From the NCBI GenBank assembly GCA_045545475.1, contig JAZQAZ010000029.1:1-64000 (forward strand): 64,000 nt of DNA. The letters run 5' to 3'. How positions within the stretch are numbered: the first letter of the stretch is position 1; the number at the start of each line of letters is the position of its first letter. A program made the position numbers and the translations under genes. Shown here one piece after another: positions 9,779 to 18,881 of this stretch. Below the pieces are notes generated by a model. It was given only the letters and a program-made list of their open reading frames with translations, did no database searches and had not been told where the DNA came from. This DNA comes from Clostridia bacterium. GTDB taxonomy: Bacteria; Bacillota; Clostridia; CAKSNL01; HGM11501.

Positions 9779-12145
9779 TTACAAGACGGATAGTGCTAAT
9801 TTAAGTTCAGGGACAATTGTGTTGACAATATCCCGACCTAAAGATTTCAAATCCTTACCAGTGCCATCTATGTTTAAAGTAAGGTTGATGGTGTTTCCGC
9901 CACCCTTTCGGTCGAGCGGTTCAACCGATGCACCCTTCGGAAGGTGCAACATTTCGGGGCCTCTTTCGCCGACAATTACATCACCCGGACGGGTAATGTT
10001 GCCGCCGTTTGCAAGCATCGGAAGGTTCACGGTCTGCAGTTTCGTTATGTTGACTCCGGGGATTTTGTTTATTACCCCGATTGCCCAGTTAATCGAATTT
10101 ATAAAGCCGTTGATGAGGTTTCCTGCGAAACTTATCACGCTGTTTATAACCGACTTAAACGCACCCGATATTCCGTTTGCGATGCTCGTTCCTATGCTGG
10201 TGAACATATTCTTGATGGTGTCCCATATCCCTTGGAAGAAACCGACCACGCCCGAGAAGGCGTTTACGACCATATTCCAAGCAGATGTGAAGATGCCACC
10301 GAACCACGAAGCCACGCCCGAAAATACGGACACGATTCCGTTCCATGCGGTGCTTGCTGCAGTTGTAAAGAAGCTGAATGCAGATGCGACTGCGTTTTTT
10401 ATTCCGCTCCACAAATTAGAGAAGAATGTCCCAATTGCTGTGCCTATTGTGACAAAAAACTCTTTTACGGAATTCCAAGCAGTCTTGACTCCGTTACAGA
10501 TTGCATCCCAGTTCTGAATAACAACCCCTATAATGAGTCCTATTCCGCCTGTAAAAATACCAAGAATAACGGGCCAGAACTGAACAAAGAAGTTTTTTAT
10601 GCCGTTCCACACATTTGAAGTAACCTCTTTGACTTTTCCCCAAAGGGTTGAGAAGAAGTTTCCGATGGCACTTCCAATGTTGACGAAGAAGTCTTTCACT
10701 CCTTGCCATGCATTTTTCATAAAACTACATACGCTGTCCCAGTTTTTGTAAAGCAAGACACCGATTGCGATGACTGCTCCTATCGCTGCAACAACAAGAA
10801 AAATCGGAGAAGTAACGAAAGCCATCGCCGCACCGAGTGCGGTTGTTGCTGCCGATGCAACGCCTGCTGCTGCTGCGTGAGCAAGTTCGGCTACGGTCAT
10901 TGCCCCTGTCGCTGCTGCACTTGCTCCTGTGGTTGCGGTTACAATTGCCTGCAGTCCGTTTGTGATTCCAACGGCTACATTGTAGGCTGCGACCGCTCCG
11001 GCGACTCCATAAACTATGGGGCCGAGCCAGTTCCAGTTGTCAATTACGAGCGAGGTTATGTCTGCCACGAGCTGCAATCCCGAACCGATGCCATCGAGTG
11101 CTGTTGTCAGTATTCCTGTCCAGCTTATGCTTCCGCCCATTCCTACCAAACCGTCCCATACAGGCTGTATGGCTGTTACCAAATTGTCAAAGGCTGGCTT
11201 GATGGAATTTTGCACGCCGTTCCATACAGTGTCTATAAATGTAGTTGCTACATTCGCTACGCCCTGAATTACGGGCATAACCGTGTTGACGGCTGTTGTG
11301 AATGCGGATTGAATTGCTGGAAGTTTTGTGGTTATGTACTGCAAGACGGTTGTTACAATCGGATACAATTTAGTTCCGATGACCTCTTGCATATCGCCCC
11401 ACGCATTTTTTAACTGCTGAACTTTACCCTCGGGAGTGTTTGCCATTGCTTCGGCAAGCCCACCGAAGTTTTGACCTAAAACCTCCACGAGCATTGCGGC
11501 TCGTTCACTTTCTGTTCCTGTTTTCAGTATTTTCGACTGTGCATCGTTAAGGGTTACGCCGTATCGAGTAAGTGCGCCGACATTTCCTGTCATAACCTTA
11601 CCGACAAGGTTTGCCATCGACTGCATTTGGTCGCCTGAAACTGCGACACCATATTGCGAAACCGCCAAGTCCTGAAGGGCAGGTAGAATTGTTTTTATTG
11701 TGTCGCTCTGTAATTGGAATGTGGCAAGCTGTGAAGCACCTTGAATTGTTACTTCATCTCCGACCGTGGTTACGCCTTGGAGTTCGGCTGCGTATTTTTT
11801 CATCGCAGACACATTCTCCATGGTTGTGCCTGCCACATTCATCATGAGTGTTTCAAGTCGTGCTTCTGCACTTGCTTGAGTGTTTGCGGCATCGATGCAC
11901 TCCTTGCCCCATGTTACGAGTTGCTTTATGCTGGCATAGGCTGCGACAGCTCCAACAGCCTTTTTTGCCATTGAAGCGAGACTTGTTCCAGCTGAGTTCG
12001 TCTGTGAACTGAACTTCTTCACGGATGAGGTTGCAATATCTGAGTTCTTTTTAAAGTTACTAAGACCAGTTACTGCGCTTTTTATGCCGGACTTAAATCC
12101 ACCATCTTTAAGTGTAATTGTTGCACCAATATTCTTAGCTGCCAT
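9779..12145 (-). CDS. phage tail tape measure protein
   Basis: Ala/Gly-rich helical protein, periodic W/F repeats, TM-like segments, C-terminal LPMLANGG..VGERGPE motif. Confidence 0.88.
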   Translation of the reverse strand: MAAKNIGATITLKDGGFKSGIKSAVTGLSNFKKNSDIATSSVKKFSSQTNSAGTSLASMAKKAVGAVAAYASIKQLVTWGKECIDAANTQASAEARLETLMMNVAGTTMENVSAMKKYAAELQGVTTVGDEVTIQGASQLATFQLQSDTIKTILPALQDLAVSQYGVAVSGDQMQSMANLVGKVMTGNVGALTRYGVTLNDAQSKILKTGTESERAAMLVEVLGQNFGGLAEAMANTPEGKVQQLKNAWGDMQEVIGTKLYPIVTTVLQYITTKLPAIQSAFTTAVNTVMPVIQGVANVATTFIDTVWNGVQNSIKPAFDNLVTAIQPVWDGLVGMGGSISWTGILTTALDGIGSGLQLVADITSLVIDNWNWLGPIVYGVAGAVAAYNVAVGITNGLQAIVTATTGASAAATGAMTVAELAHAAAAGVASAATTALGAAMAFVTSPIFLVVAAIGAVIAIGVLLYKNWDSVCSFMKNAWQGVKDFFVNIGSAIGNFFSTLWGKVKEVTSNVWNGIKNFFVQFWPVILGIFTGGIGLIIGVVIQNWDAICNGVKTAWNSVKEFFVTIGTAIGTFFSNLWSGIKNAVASAFSFFTTAASTAWNGIVSVFSGVASWFGGIFTSAWNMVVNAFSGVVGFFQGIWDTIKNMFTSIGTSIANGISGAFKSVINSVISFAGNLINGFINSINWAIGVINKIPGVNITKLQTVNLPMLANGGNITRPGDVIVGERGPEMLHLPKGASVEPLDRKGGGNTINLTLNIDGTGKDLKSLGRDIVNTIVPELKLALSVL

Positions 12146-12368
12146 TGTTTTCACCTTCTTTCGTCAAAACTGTTTTGTTGTATATTTGCTCCACTTTCTT
12201 TAATAATTGCTCCTTTTCTGCCTTTCCAATATCGCCTATAACATAAGCATATATAATTGCTCCGCACAACATTTCCTTACTTACCTTAAACGAGTATGAC
12301 GGACCACCGTTATCATCAAACTCTGTAATAAGTTTTTGTAAAGTTTCACATTTTGCATTCTTTTTCAC
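12135..12368 (-). CDS. hypothetical protein coupled to the TMP gene
   Basis: 77 aa, GTG start behind GGAGGTG; stop overlaps TMP start. Confidence 0.6.
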   Translation of the reverse strand: MKKNAKCETLQKLITEFDDNGGPSYSFKVSKEMLCGAIIYAYVIGDIGKAEKEQLLKKVEQIYNKTVLTKEGENNGS

Positions 12369-12404
12369 CGCACCACCTCCAGTTTTTTGCGGTTTTCATG
12401 GTGG

Positions 12405-12492
12405 GTCTATCCCCCTCAAAACTTTTGCGAAAATTCACACGAAGGGGGGCTGCGGTCTGGAGCGATTAACTCACAGAGATTTATATACCCCC
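12405..12492 (-). other. cos-like packaging site
   Basis: Minus strand GGGGGTATATAAATCTCT...AGACCGCAGCCCCCC TTCGTGTGAATTTTCGCAAAA...GAGGGGGATAG; resembles the HNH-terS intergenic cos regions of Firmicute siphophages. Confidence 0.6.
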
Positions 12493-12902
12493 TATAAGAC
12501 TTCATGACAAACAATTTTAATGCTTCGATACTTTTCATCTGAATCAAGTACTGAGTCGATTAAAAGTTTTTTGTTTTCAAATATAACATACATATCGCTT
12601 GTTAATCCGGGAATAAATCGGATACGAATATGGTATGTAGTTTCAGCTCGAAGCTTTTGTGATTGCTCATATTGTCTGCCTGTCAACGGAGTAACTTCTG
12701 CACAAAAGGCATATTGACAATTGTTAATGTCGATAACTTCGCCTGATGGAAGTGTCCATTGATTTTCTTGTGTGAAAAATTCTTGCTTCGGGAGGTTCGG
12801 GTGATAAAGAGAGTAGGCAGGGACCGTTTCGCCCATGCCGTTGGTTACGGCCCCTGCAGGTTTAGCAAACAAGATTCTGTGTCTTAAATTACCAAATCTC
12901 AT
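12492..12902 (-). CDS. phage head-closure / head-tail adaptor (SPP1 gp16-like)
   Basis: MRFGNLRHRI.F...AEVTPLTGRQY...TYHIRIRF...I.SVLD...KIVCHE pattern. Confidence 0.8.
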   Translation of the reverse strand: MRFGNLRHRILFAKPAGAVTNGMGETVPAYSLYHPNLPKQEFFTQENQWTLPSGEVIDINNCQYAFCAEVTPLTGRQYEQSQKLRAETTYHIRIRFIPGLTSDMYVIFENKKLLIDSVLDSDEKYRSIKIVCHEVL

Positions 12903-12914
12903 TATGCCACCCCT

Positions 12915-14003
12915 TTACTCTGTTTTGGCGTTCTCTACAACTCTTGCCTCCAATGTTACAAACGGAGACACAGGCTGTGAGCCTTTATAAGGAGTTACTG
13001 CTTTTGTAAGCATCGGCTTTCCATCAAGTCTATACACAAACCTGAAGGCTGTTTCATCGTAAATAAATCTTACATGAATTGATTCTGTAGCCTTAATGCC
13101 TGCCTTTTCTGCAATTACATACTGAGACATATCTGCGAGAAGAATATCTCCTTTATGTCCCGGTTCGGATGCCTGTTCGATGAAGTTGACAGGCTTGCCG
13201 AGAAGTGTGCCGTGAGGTGCACCTGCGATTGAGCCTTCAGGGAGGTAGATGGGGGTATCACCTATTTTCATTGTCATGAGTGCTGGCAGAAGTTCCTGAT
13301 TGATGTACCATTCTGCCTTGCCCTGCTTGTCGTAGCAAGCTGCGAGCATCTTTACGATGTTTTCAACTGTAAGAAGTTCAGTCTGTCCATCTTCCTTGGG
13401 AATAATAACTAAAGCTTCAGAATTAAAAATTCCCAGTGGCTGTTTTTCGCCGGTTCCGTATAATACTTTATCTGCTATATTGAAGCTGAATTCATCCGCA
13501 AACCCTGCTTTGATTACTTCTCCCAGTGCGGGCGCATCTTCAAGCAGTTCATCTGTTGCATAACAAATGCCCGCAAGTTTATTGAGTGTCAATTTGCACC
13601 GTTCAAACTTCGGCTTACTTTTTGCAATCTCTGCAGCTTCGCTTTCCCAGTAAGCCTGAATGCCGCCCCATCTGCTACCGTCTGCACGGCTGTTTTCGTT
13701 GATGCCGTTGACTATAAGCGAGTTTGAACCTGTACTTAATGGGATTCTTGTAATTTTTGTTAATAGAGGATGTTCCTCATAAACATTTTCTTTTAAGTCC
13801 ATAACGAAGTCCGTCTGAACAAGATACCCTCCATCGGTCGCTACCCCTTCTCCTGCACCTGACACAAGGTTGGCAAGTCGTTCATCAGGAAGTCCGCCGG
13901 GTTTTTCCATATTGTATATGGCACTAAGCTGTTCTCCAAAACTGGAGAACTTTTTTGATTTTTCAGCGCCGTACGCCGATTTAATGTTATTTCTGCTATT
14001 CAT
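12915..14003 (-). CDS. HK97-family major capsid protein (short N-terminus)
   Basis: DGGYLVQTDF, YWESEA, TDELLEDA, GTGEKQPLGI, LLGKPV, SIHVRFIYDETAFRFVYRLDG, SPFVTL. Confidence 0.92.
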   Translation of the reverse strand: MNSRNNIKSAYGAEKSKKFSSFGEQLSAIYNMEKPGGLPDERLANLVSGAGEGVATDGGYLVQTDFVMDLKENVYEEHPLLTKITRIPLSTGSNSLIVNGINENSRADGSRWGGIQAYWESEAAEIAKSKPKFERCKLTLNKLAGICYATDELLEDAPALGEVIKAGFADEFSFNIADKVLYGTGEKQPLGIFNSEALVIIPKEDGQTELLTVENIVKMLAACYDKQGKAEWYINQELLPALMTMKIGDTPIYLPEGSIAGAPHGTLLGKPVNFIEQASEPGHKGDILLADMSQYVIAEKAGIKATESIHVRFIYDETAFRFVYRLDGKPMLTKAVTPYKGSQPVSPFVTLEARVVENAKTE

Positions 14004-14021
14004 TTTAGATCACTGTCCTTT

Positions 14022-14792
14022 TTAATAATAATTTTTTAAAGCCTGAATTGTTTTATCTTTTCTTAGTTCTTTTATTCCTTTATCGATATTTACACTCACT
14101 TGATATGTTGTTAAACCGAGTTTTGTAGAAATTTCCTTGATTGTGTACTCGCTGTAAAACCTCAACCTTATGCACCGCCTTAAAGTAGGAGAAAGCTTAT
14201 TGACGGCGCAATTTAATATTTCCGGCAGGTCATATTCTTCGATTTTAGAATATTCCTCGAAAGAGTTTTCATCAAAAATCGCATCTTGCAAGAGCAGGTC
14301 CTCGTCATCAGAAAGTACGCTCTGTTGTAAACTTTTGATTTCTTGGTTTGCAATTAGTGCTTCTTGTAAAACTTCGGCAGAAACTTCGAGGTATTCTGCA
14401 ATCTCTTTGGTTGTTGGTTTTCGTCCGAACCTTTCAGCAAGTTCCGATTCTGCTTTTCTCGCTTTAAAATATAATTGCCGCGCCTCCGTGGAGATTTTTA
14501 TTGAAACGCTGTGTCTATATCGATAATCTGCAATCACCTCCTTTAAGTACCCAGCAAGGAAAGTTGAGAATTTATACCCTGCATTGATGTCAAAATTCCG
14601 TGTTGCTCGCTCCATACAAAGATACGCATCTTGCATCGCATCTTCTTGGTAGGCTTCGTCAACGAACGATTTTCTTAACATTAACCTTATGAATTTTTTG
14701 TTTCGTTCATAAAGCCGCAACAGGTTATATTCTTCATCAATTCCTTGCTGAATTTTTTTGACGATTTCCTCGTTTGTTTCAGGTAAACCCAT
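14022..14792 (-). CDS. sigma-70 family sigma factor (SigF/FliA-like size)
   Basis: EDAMQDAY...FDINAGYKFSTF (region 2), GRKPTTKEIAEYL (region 3), IRLRFY..TIKEISTKLG (region 4). Confidence 0.85.
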   Translation of the reverse strand: MGLPETNEEIVKKIQQGIDEEYNLLRLYERNKKFIRLMLRKSFVDEAYQEDAMQDAYLCMERATRNFDINAGYKFSTFLAGYLKEVIADYRYRHSVSIKISTEARQLYFKARKAESELAERFGRKPTTKEIAEYLEVSAEVLQEALIANQEIKSLQQSVLSDDEDLLLQDAIFDENSFEEYSKIEEYDLPEILNCAVNKLSPTLRRCIRLRFYSEYTIKEISTKLGLTTYQVSVNIDKGIKELRKDKTIQALKNYY

Positions 14793-14875
14793 TGACTTTC
14801 CTCCTGTTATGTAGTATAATATTTCCAAGAGTAAAAGTGCTTTTCATCAGGTTTACTATTAAAGAGCGGACTGTT

Positions 14876-15457
14876 TTATGAACGGTCCCTCTTTTTTATT
14901 GGTGGGAAAAGTTTGTCCAACGGCTCCTTGAGTAAAACTTCTGGCTCGGGAGATTCCACCGCTTTCATAAAGTGCAACAGAAGAATACTCAAAAGCCTTG
15001 CATATATATTTCCGTAGCACCACTGAACCGCTGCGTATGTCTTGCCGGCCCCGTTGTATGTAAAACGATTATTGCTACGATCCAACAGTTTCTTTGATGC
15101 AAGCATATATTTGTAAGCTGCATAAAACTCTTTAAGTCGTTCTGATAACAGCGGAGCGAGCCTTTTTATTTTTTCCGAGCCGTCCAAAAACCACGATATG
15201 TCACTTCTTACAAATGATACCGGGGTTTTATATGACTCTGCAGGATTGTTTATCGCTCCTGATACCGGGATGCCGTTACTTATAGTAACATAAGGGATTT
15301 TTGCTCCAAGGCACAATTTCATGTGCTTTTGTGCTGTTTCGTTATCTATACCGATGCCTTCATCAAACATTCCAATAGGTATCGGTATAGTTTTTGCATT
15401 GAATTCGCTCTCTATCTCCATCAATTCCTGAAGGCGAGGCGGTAGTTTTTTTGTCAT
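14876..15457 (-). CDS. hypothetical protein
   Basis: 193-aa ORF with strong RBS AAGGAGGTG. Confidence 0.7.
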   Translation of the reverse strand: MTKKLPPRLQELMEIESEFNAKTIPIPIGMFDEGIGIDNETAQKHMKLCLGAKIPYVTISNGIPVSGAINNPAESYKTPVSFVRSDISWFLDGSEKIKRLAPLLSERLKEFYAAYKYMLASKKLLDRSNNRFTYNGAGKTYAAVQWCYGNIYARLLSILLLHFMKAVESPEPEVLLKEPLDKLFPPIKKRDRS

Positions 15458-15474
15458 GGTGTTTCACCTCCTTT

Positions 15475-15710
15475 TCAGGGTAAGGCATTCGTAATGCCAC
15501 AAAACCCTATTATTTTCTTGGCTCATGGGCTTTCCAAAGAAAAGATTGTATATTTATCCTTTGTATACTAATTGATTTACTTCCGTTGTTGTAAACGACT
15601 ACAAAAAACTATGTTATATATTTCTTGATGATATATTTATATCTTTGGAGTAAATCCTTTGTATTACTGGCTTTTCTGCCCTTACCTTATCCTTACTCAA
15701 TCCTTACAAT
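15475..15710. other. putative replication origin of the element
   Basis: AT-rich gap downstream of primase; CCTTAC x3 near 15680-15708, inverted copy GTAAGG near 15480, TCCTTTGTAT x2. Confidence 0.45.
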
Positions 15711-15711
15711 A

Positions 15712-18300
15712 TCAAAATGGTAAATCGTCATCTTCGTCTATTGGTACAAATCCGTCCGGCATTCCGTTGCTTCGGTTTATCGCTTTGTTATAGTCAAATT
15801 CTATAACTTTTACTGATTTCGAGTCGACTGATTTAACGGTTGCTCTTTCGGATGAAATTAATTTGTTTTCGTACAAATACTTCAATGTTTTTTTGTAAGA
15901 AAAGCCTGCTGATGTAAGAGCGTTTTGAAGTTGCATAGGAAAGATGTAACATTTTCCGCATCTCATGAAGCCGTACCTTGGCTCGATATAATCTGTAGTA
16001 AAGTGTTTTTCATTTGACTGTATCCATTCAACCACATAGTCTGACGCGAAGCCGTTCACTTCTCTTTCTTTTGTTGTTGGTTGCATATTAAGGATTTCAA
16101 ATGCCATATTGTAAGCATTTTTATATGCTTCCGCTCTTTCTTCGTTAAAAATCCATACCGACACCAAGTAGTCTGCTGTTGCTGCAAGCGATATTGTATC
16201 GCAATGTGTATAACTATGCCCTGTGCCAAGTTCCCACAAAGCATCAACGATTTTTTGATGCACATCCTTAATTTGTTTTATGTCTGCATCGATGAGTCGT
16301 TCTACGAATATTCCCCACGCCACACCGTAACAGTCTGCGGTTTTTATATGTATGGCTGCCGCATCTTTTTCGCTGTCAAATTGCTTTCCGTATATTTCGA
16401 TTACACGGCTGCTGACACCCTCTTTTGTGCAAGTCTGAACAATCGGCTCTTCGCCTGTGGCAAGCACCCAAGTTTGCCATGATTGTGACCTTTGTATGCC
16501 TCCGCTTTTAGTGCCTCGCTGTTTTCCTTTTCCTTCACCAGCCATGTATACAAGTTTTTCGACAAATTCTTGTCTTGAGCCTGCGAGCTGCCTTTCATCT
16601 ATTCCAACTGGGATATTGTTGAATAAACTCATCGTCTTTTCAAATCCCACCTGTGTACTGTTGAATGAAAGCATTAAGTTTTCAGGTTCTCCGAAGGCTG
16701 ACAAGGCTGCTTTGAGTGCTGCTGTTTTGCCTGTAGCACTGTTTGCCCATAAATAAACAACTACATTTCTGTTTTTAAATACGACACTCAAGAGCAAGGG
16801 GACGAAGGCAGAAGCGAGCAAAAAGCGAAATTTGTTTCTCTTTCGATGCTCTGATAACATTGCACACCATTCCTCGATAGTTCCTCTGTGTGTTTCCAAT
16901 GCCTTGACATAGGTTTGTGCCGTTGCATCCACATCAAGTTGTATGTCGCCACCGTGTCCGGGGAGGAAGTTCTTCTCGGTCGCCCATCCAAGCTGCGACA
17001 CCGACTTTGCTTCTTTGATTCGGTCGATGTTCTCCGATTCGAGTGCTTCCAAGAACGACACGACTTGCTTTGCGTTTTCGCTGGTTATCAATGCTCCGAG
17101 GTCTGCAAGGCTGACGATGTTTCGGCTTTGGTATATCGTGGTTGAGTTAAATATGCCGTATCGCCAGTTGTTTCTTATCTTGAATGCAATCTGTATCTTT
17201 TCCTCATCGGTTTCGATGTTTCGCAGTCGCTTCACGATTATGATTGGTGTTCTGCAGACTCTCTTGTATTGCTCGGTTCGGCTGTCGTATTTGAATATGC
17301 CGTCATCCGAGAGTTTCCAGCCTTCAGGCTCTCGAAGTTTCACGGGCATCCCTGCGACAAGGTCGGGGAGGTTCTCTGCTTCCGTTTTGAGGTCTACCGT
17401 TTCGGCTTTGCTCATTGCGGTTTTCACTTGCTCGAGTGCATCCATTCCGTTTTCGCCGTAGAGTTCGCTCGGGTCTTTGACCTCGTAATCTTCAAGAGTA
17501 AAGGTCAAAACCTCGCCTTCGTATCCGCCCTCATATAACTTGCTTATCATTTGCTGGCGGAATGTCTGACCGCCCTTGTCAGGCTCGATGTGTAGGTATA
17601 ATCTCGGTATGCTTGCGAGTTGTTCCGCCCATTTTGCCTGAAAGTTTGTAGCACCGGGAACTCCAAGAGTGGGAAGTCCGAGCATCCACAGACTCTGCGA
17701 GTCGCTTTCGCCCTCTACAAGAATTGCGTACTCTGTGAACTCTTTGATTTTCCACAATCCGTAAAGGCAGAGGGTTGAGCCTTTTTGCCATTTGAACTTG
17801 CCGTTCGGGTTCGCTGGGCTGTATCGCTTTCGGGTTGCCTGAACCTTTCCGTCTTGGTCTTTGTACGGTATCTTGATGTGCTTACCGCTTTGGTCGGTCC
17901 CTGCGGTTACACCGCATTCGTCTTTGAGCCATTCTGCCATGAAGTGCTTTTCGGTTGCGTATTGCTCCACTCCGTAATCGGGGAGTGAGGGAGGCTTTGT
18001 GCTTTGTTTTTTCTGCTCGACCGAGGTGTCTATGCCTGCGAGTTCGAGAAGTTCCTTGTAGGCTTCGGCATTGTCGATGCCTTTTATCTTGGAAAGAAAA
18101 ACCGTGGCATTTCCGCTCTCTCCACATCCTTCGCACTTGAAGCATCCGTTCTTTGTGTTAAACCAAAAGCTGGGATGTCGTTCCTGATGAAAAGGGCAGC
18201 AAGCGTGCATTTTGTCTTTTCCGCAACTCCGAGGGTTCTTGACATACTGTGAGTAAAAGTCGACCCAGTTTATTCGGCTGTCGATATTTATTTGTTCCAT
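15712..18300 (-). CDS. primase-helicase (CHC2 zinc finger + TOPRIM + DUF927-like)
   Basis: CCPFHQERHPS..CFKCEGC; LVEGESD; EPDKGG; KDPSEL; Walker A-like ANSATGKT, IDERQ; acidic tail DDDLPF. Confidence 0.9.
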   Translation of the reverse strand: MEQINIDSRINWVDFYSQYVKNPRSCGKDKMHACCPFHQERHPSFWFNTKNGCFKCEGCGESGNATVFLSKIKGIDNAEAYKELLELAGIDTSVEQKKQSTKPPSLPDYGVEQYATEKHFMAEWLKDECGVTAGTDQSGKHIKIPYKDQDGKVQATRKRYSPANPNGKFKWQKGSTLCLYGLWKIKEFTEYAILVEGESDSQSLWMLGLPTLGVPGATNFQAKWAEQLASIPRLYLHIEPDKGGQTFRQQMISKLYEGGYEGEVLTFTLEDYEVKDPSELYGENGMDALEQVKTAMSKAETVDLKTEAENLPDLVAGMPVKLREPEGWKLSDDGIFKYDSRTEQYKRVCRTPIIIVKRLRNIETDEEKIQIAFKIRNNWRYGIFNSTTIYQSRNIVSLADLGALITSENAKQVVSFLEALESENIDRIKEAKSVSQLGWATEKNFLPGHGGDIQLDVDATAQTYVKALETHRGTIEEWCAMLSEHRKRNKFRFLLASAFVPLLLSVVFKNRNVVVYLWANSATGKTAALKAALSAFGEPENLMLSFNSTQVGFEKTMSLFNNIPVGIDERQLAGSRQEFVEKLVYMAGEGKGKQRGTKSGGIQRSQSWQTWVLATGEEPIVQTCTKEGVSSRVIEIYGKQFDSEKDAAAIHIKTADCYGVAWGIFVERLIDADIKQIKDVHQKIVDALWELGTGHSYTHCDTISLAATADYLVSVWIFNEERAEAYKNAYNMAFEILNMQPTTKEREVNGFASDYVVEWIQSNEKHFTTDYIEPRYGFMRCGKCYIFPMQLQNALTSAGFSYKKTLKYLYENKLISSERATVKSVDSKSVKVIEFDYNKAINRSNGMPDGFVPIDEDDDLPF

Positions 18301-18330
18301 TTGTTCTCACCACCTTTCCTCTGAACCTTC

Positions 18331-18513
18331 CTATACCAGTTCGGCATCTGTAACCTTTTTGTGTTCAAGCGATGCTTTGCATGATGGCTGCTGTTTTGAA
18401 AAATATGCAAACCTCCCTTTTCTCCGGTTCGGATTATAAGGATGCTTGTCGTTTTTCTTTGTTTTGTTTCGGCTGAAGGTGGTGCTTTCATACCGACTGT
18501 ATTTCTTGCTCAT
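18331..18513 (-). CDS. small basic hypothetical protein
   Basis: RBS AAAGGAGG before ATG at 18513. Confidence 0.5.
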   Translation of the reverse strand: MSKKYSRYESTTFSRNKTKKNDKHPYNPNRRKGRFAYFSKQQPSCKASLEHKKVTDAELV

Positions 18514-18546
18514 AGCAAGACCTCCTTTGTCTGTGTGATTTTAATT

Positions 18547-18735
18547 TTATTCAGATGTTTGTCCGCACTGTTCGTTCAGCCATTTTTGGAGAAGCTGTGC
18601 GTTTATCATCACCCTGCGACCGATTCTGAAGGCTGGATAGAAGTCCTTGGAGTTTAATATTTCCTGTGCCTTAGGCTCGCTGATTCGCATAAGTGATATA
18701 AATTCTTTTCTCGTGAGTATCATTTTCTCACCCAT
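18547..18735 (-). CDS. excisionase/AlpA-like HTH (HTH_17)
   Basis: ILTRKEF...FYPAFRIGRRVMINAQLLQKWL; RBS AAGGAGG. Confidence 0.8.
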   Translation of the reverse strand: MGEKMILTRKEFISLMRISEPKAQEILNSKDFYPAFRIGRRVMINAQLLQKWLNEQCGQTSE

Positions 18736-18881
18736 TAAAATGTCCTCCTTTCGCTTAATAAAACACAATCAAATATAAATTTGTATAAACACTTGATTTG
18801 TTTGTGTTATTATTGTATAATAAATTACAGACAATAAAAATATGGTCTATCAATGGTCTGTATTTTGCGAGGTGATGAGAA

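Noticed and set aside
9756-11974. Long + strand ORFs opposite the tape measure gene
   Set aside because: Antisense shadows of a repetitive, codon-biased gene; no RBS or motifs.
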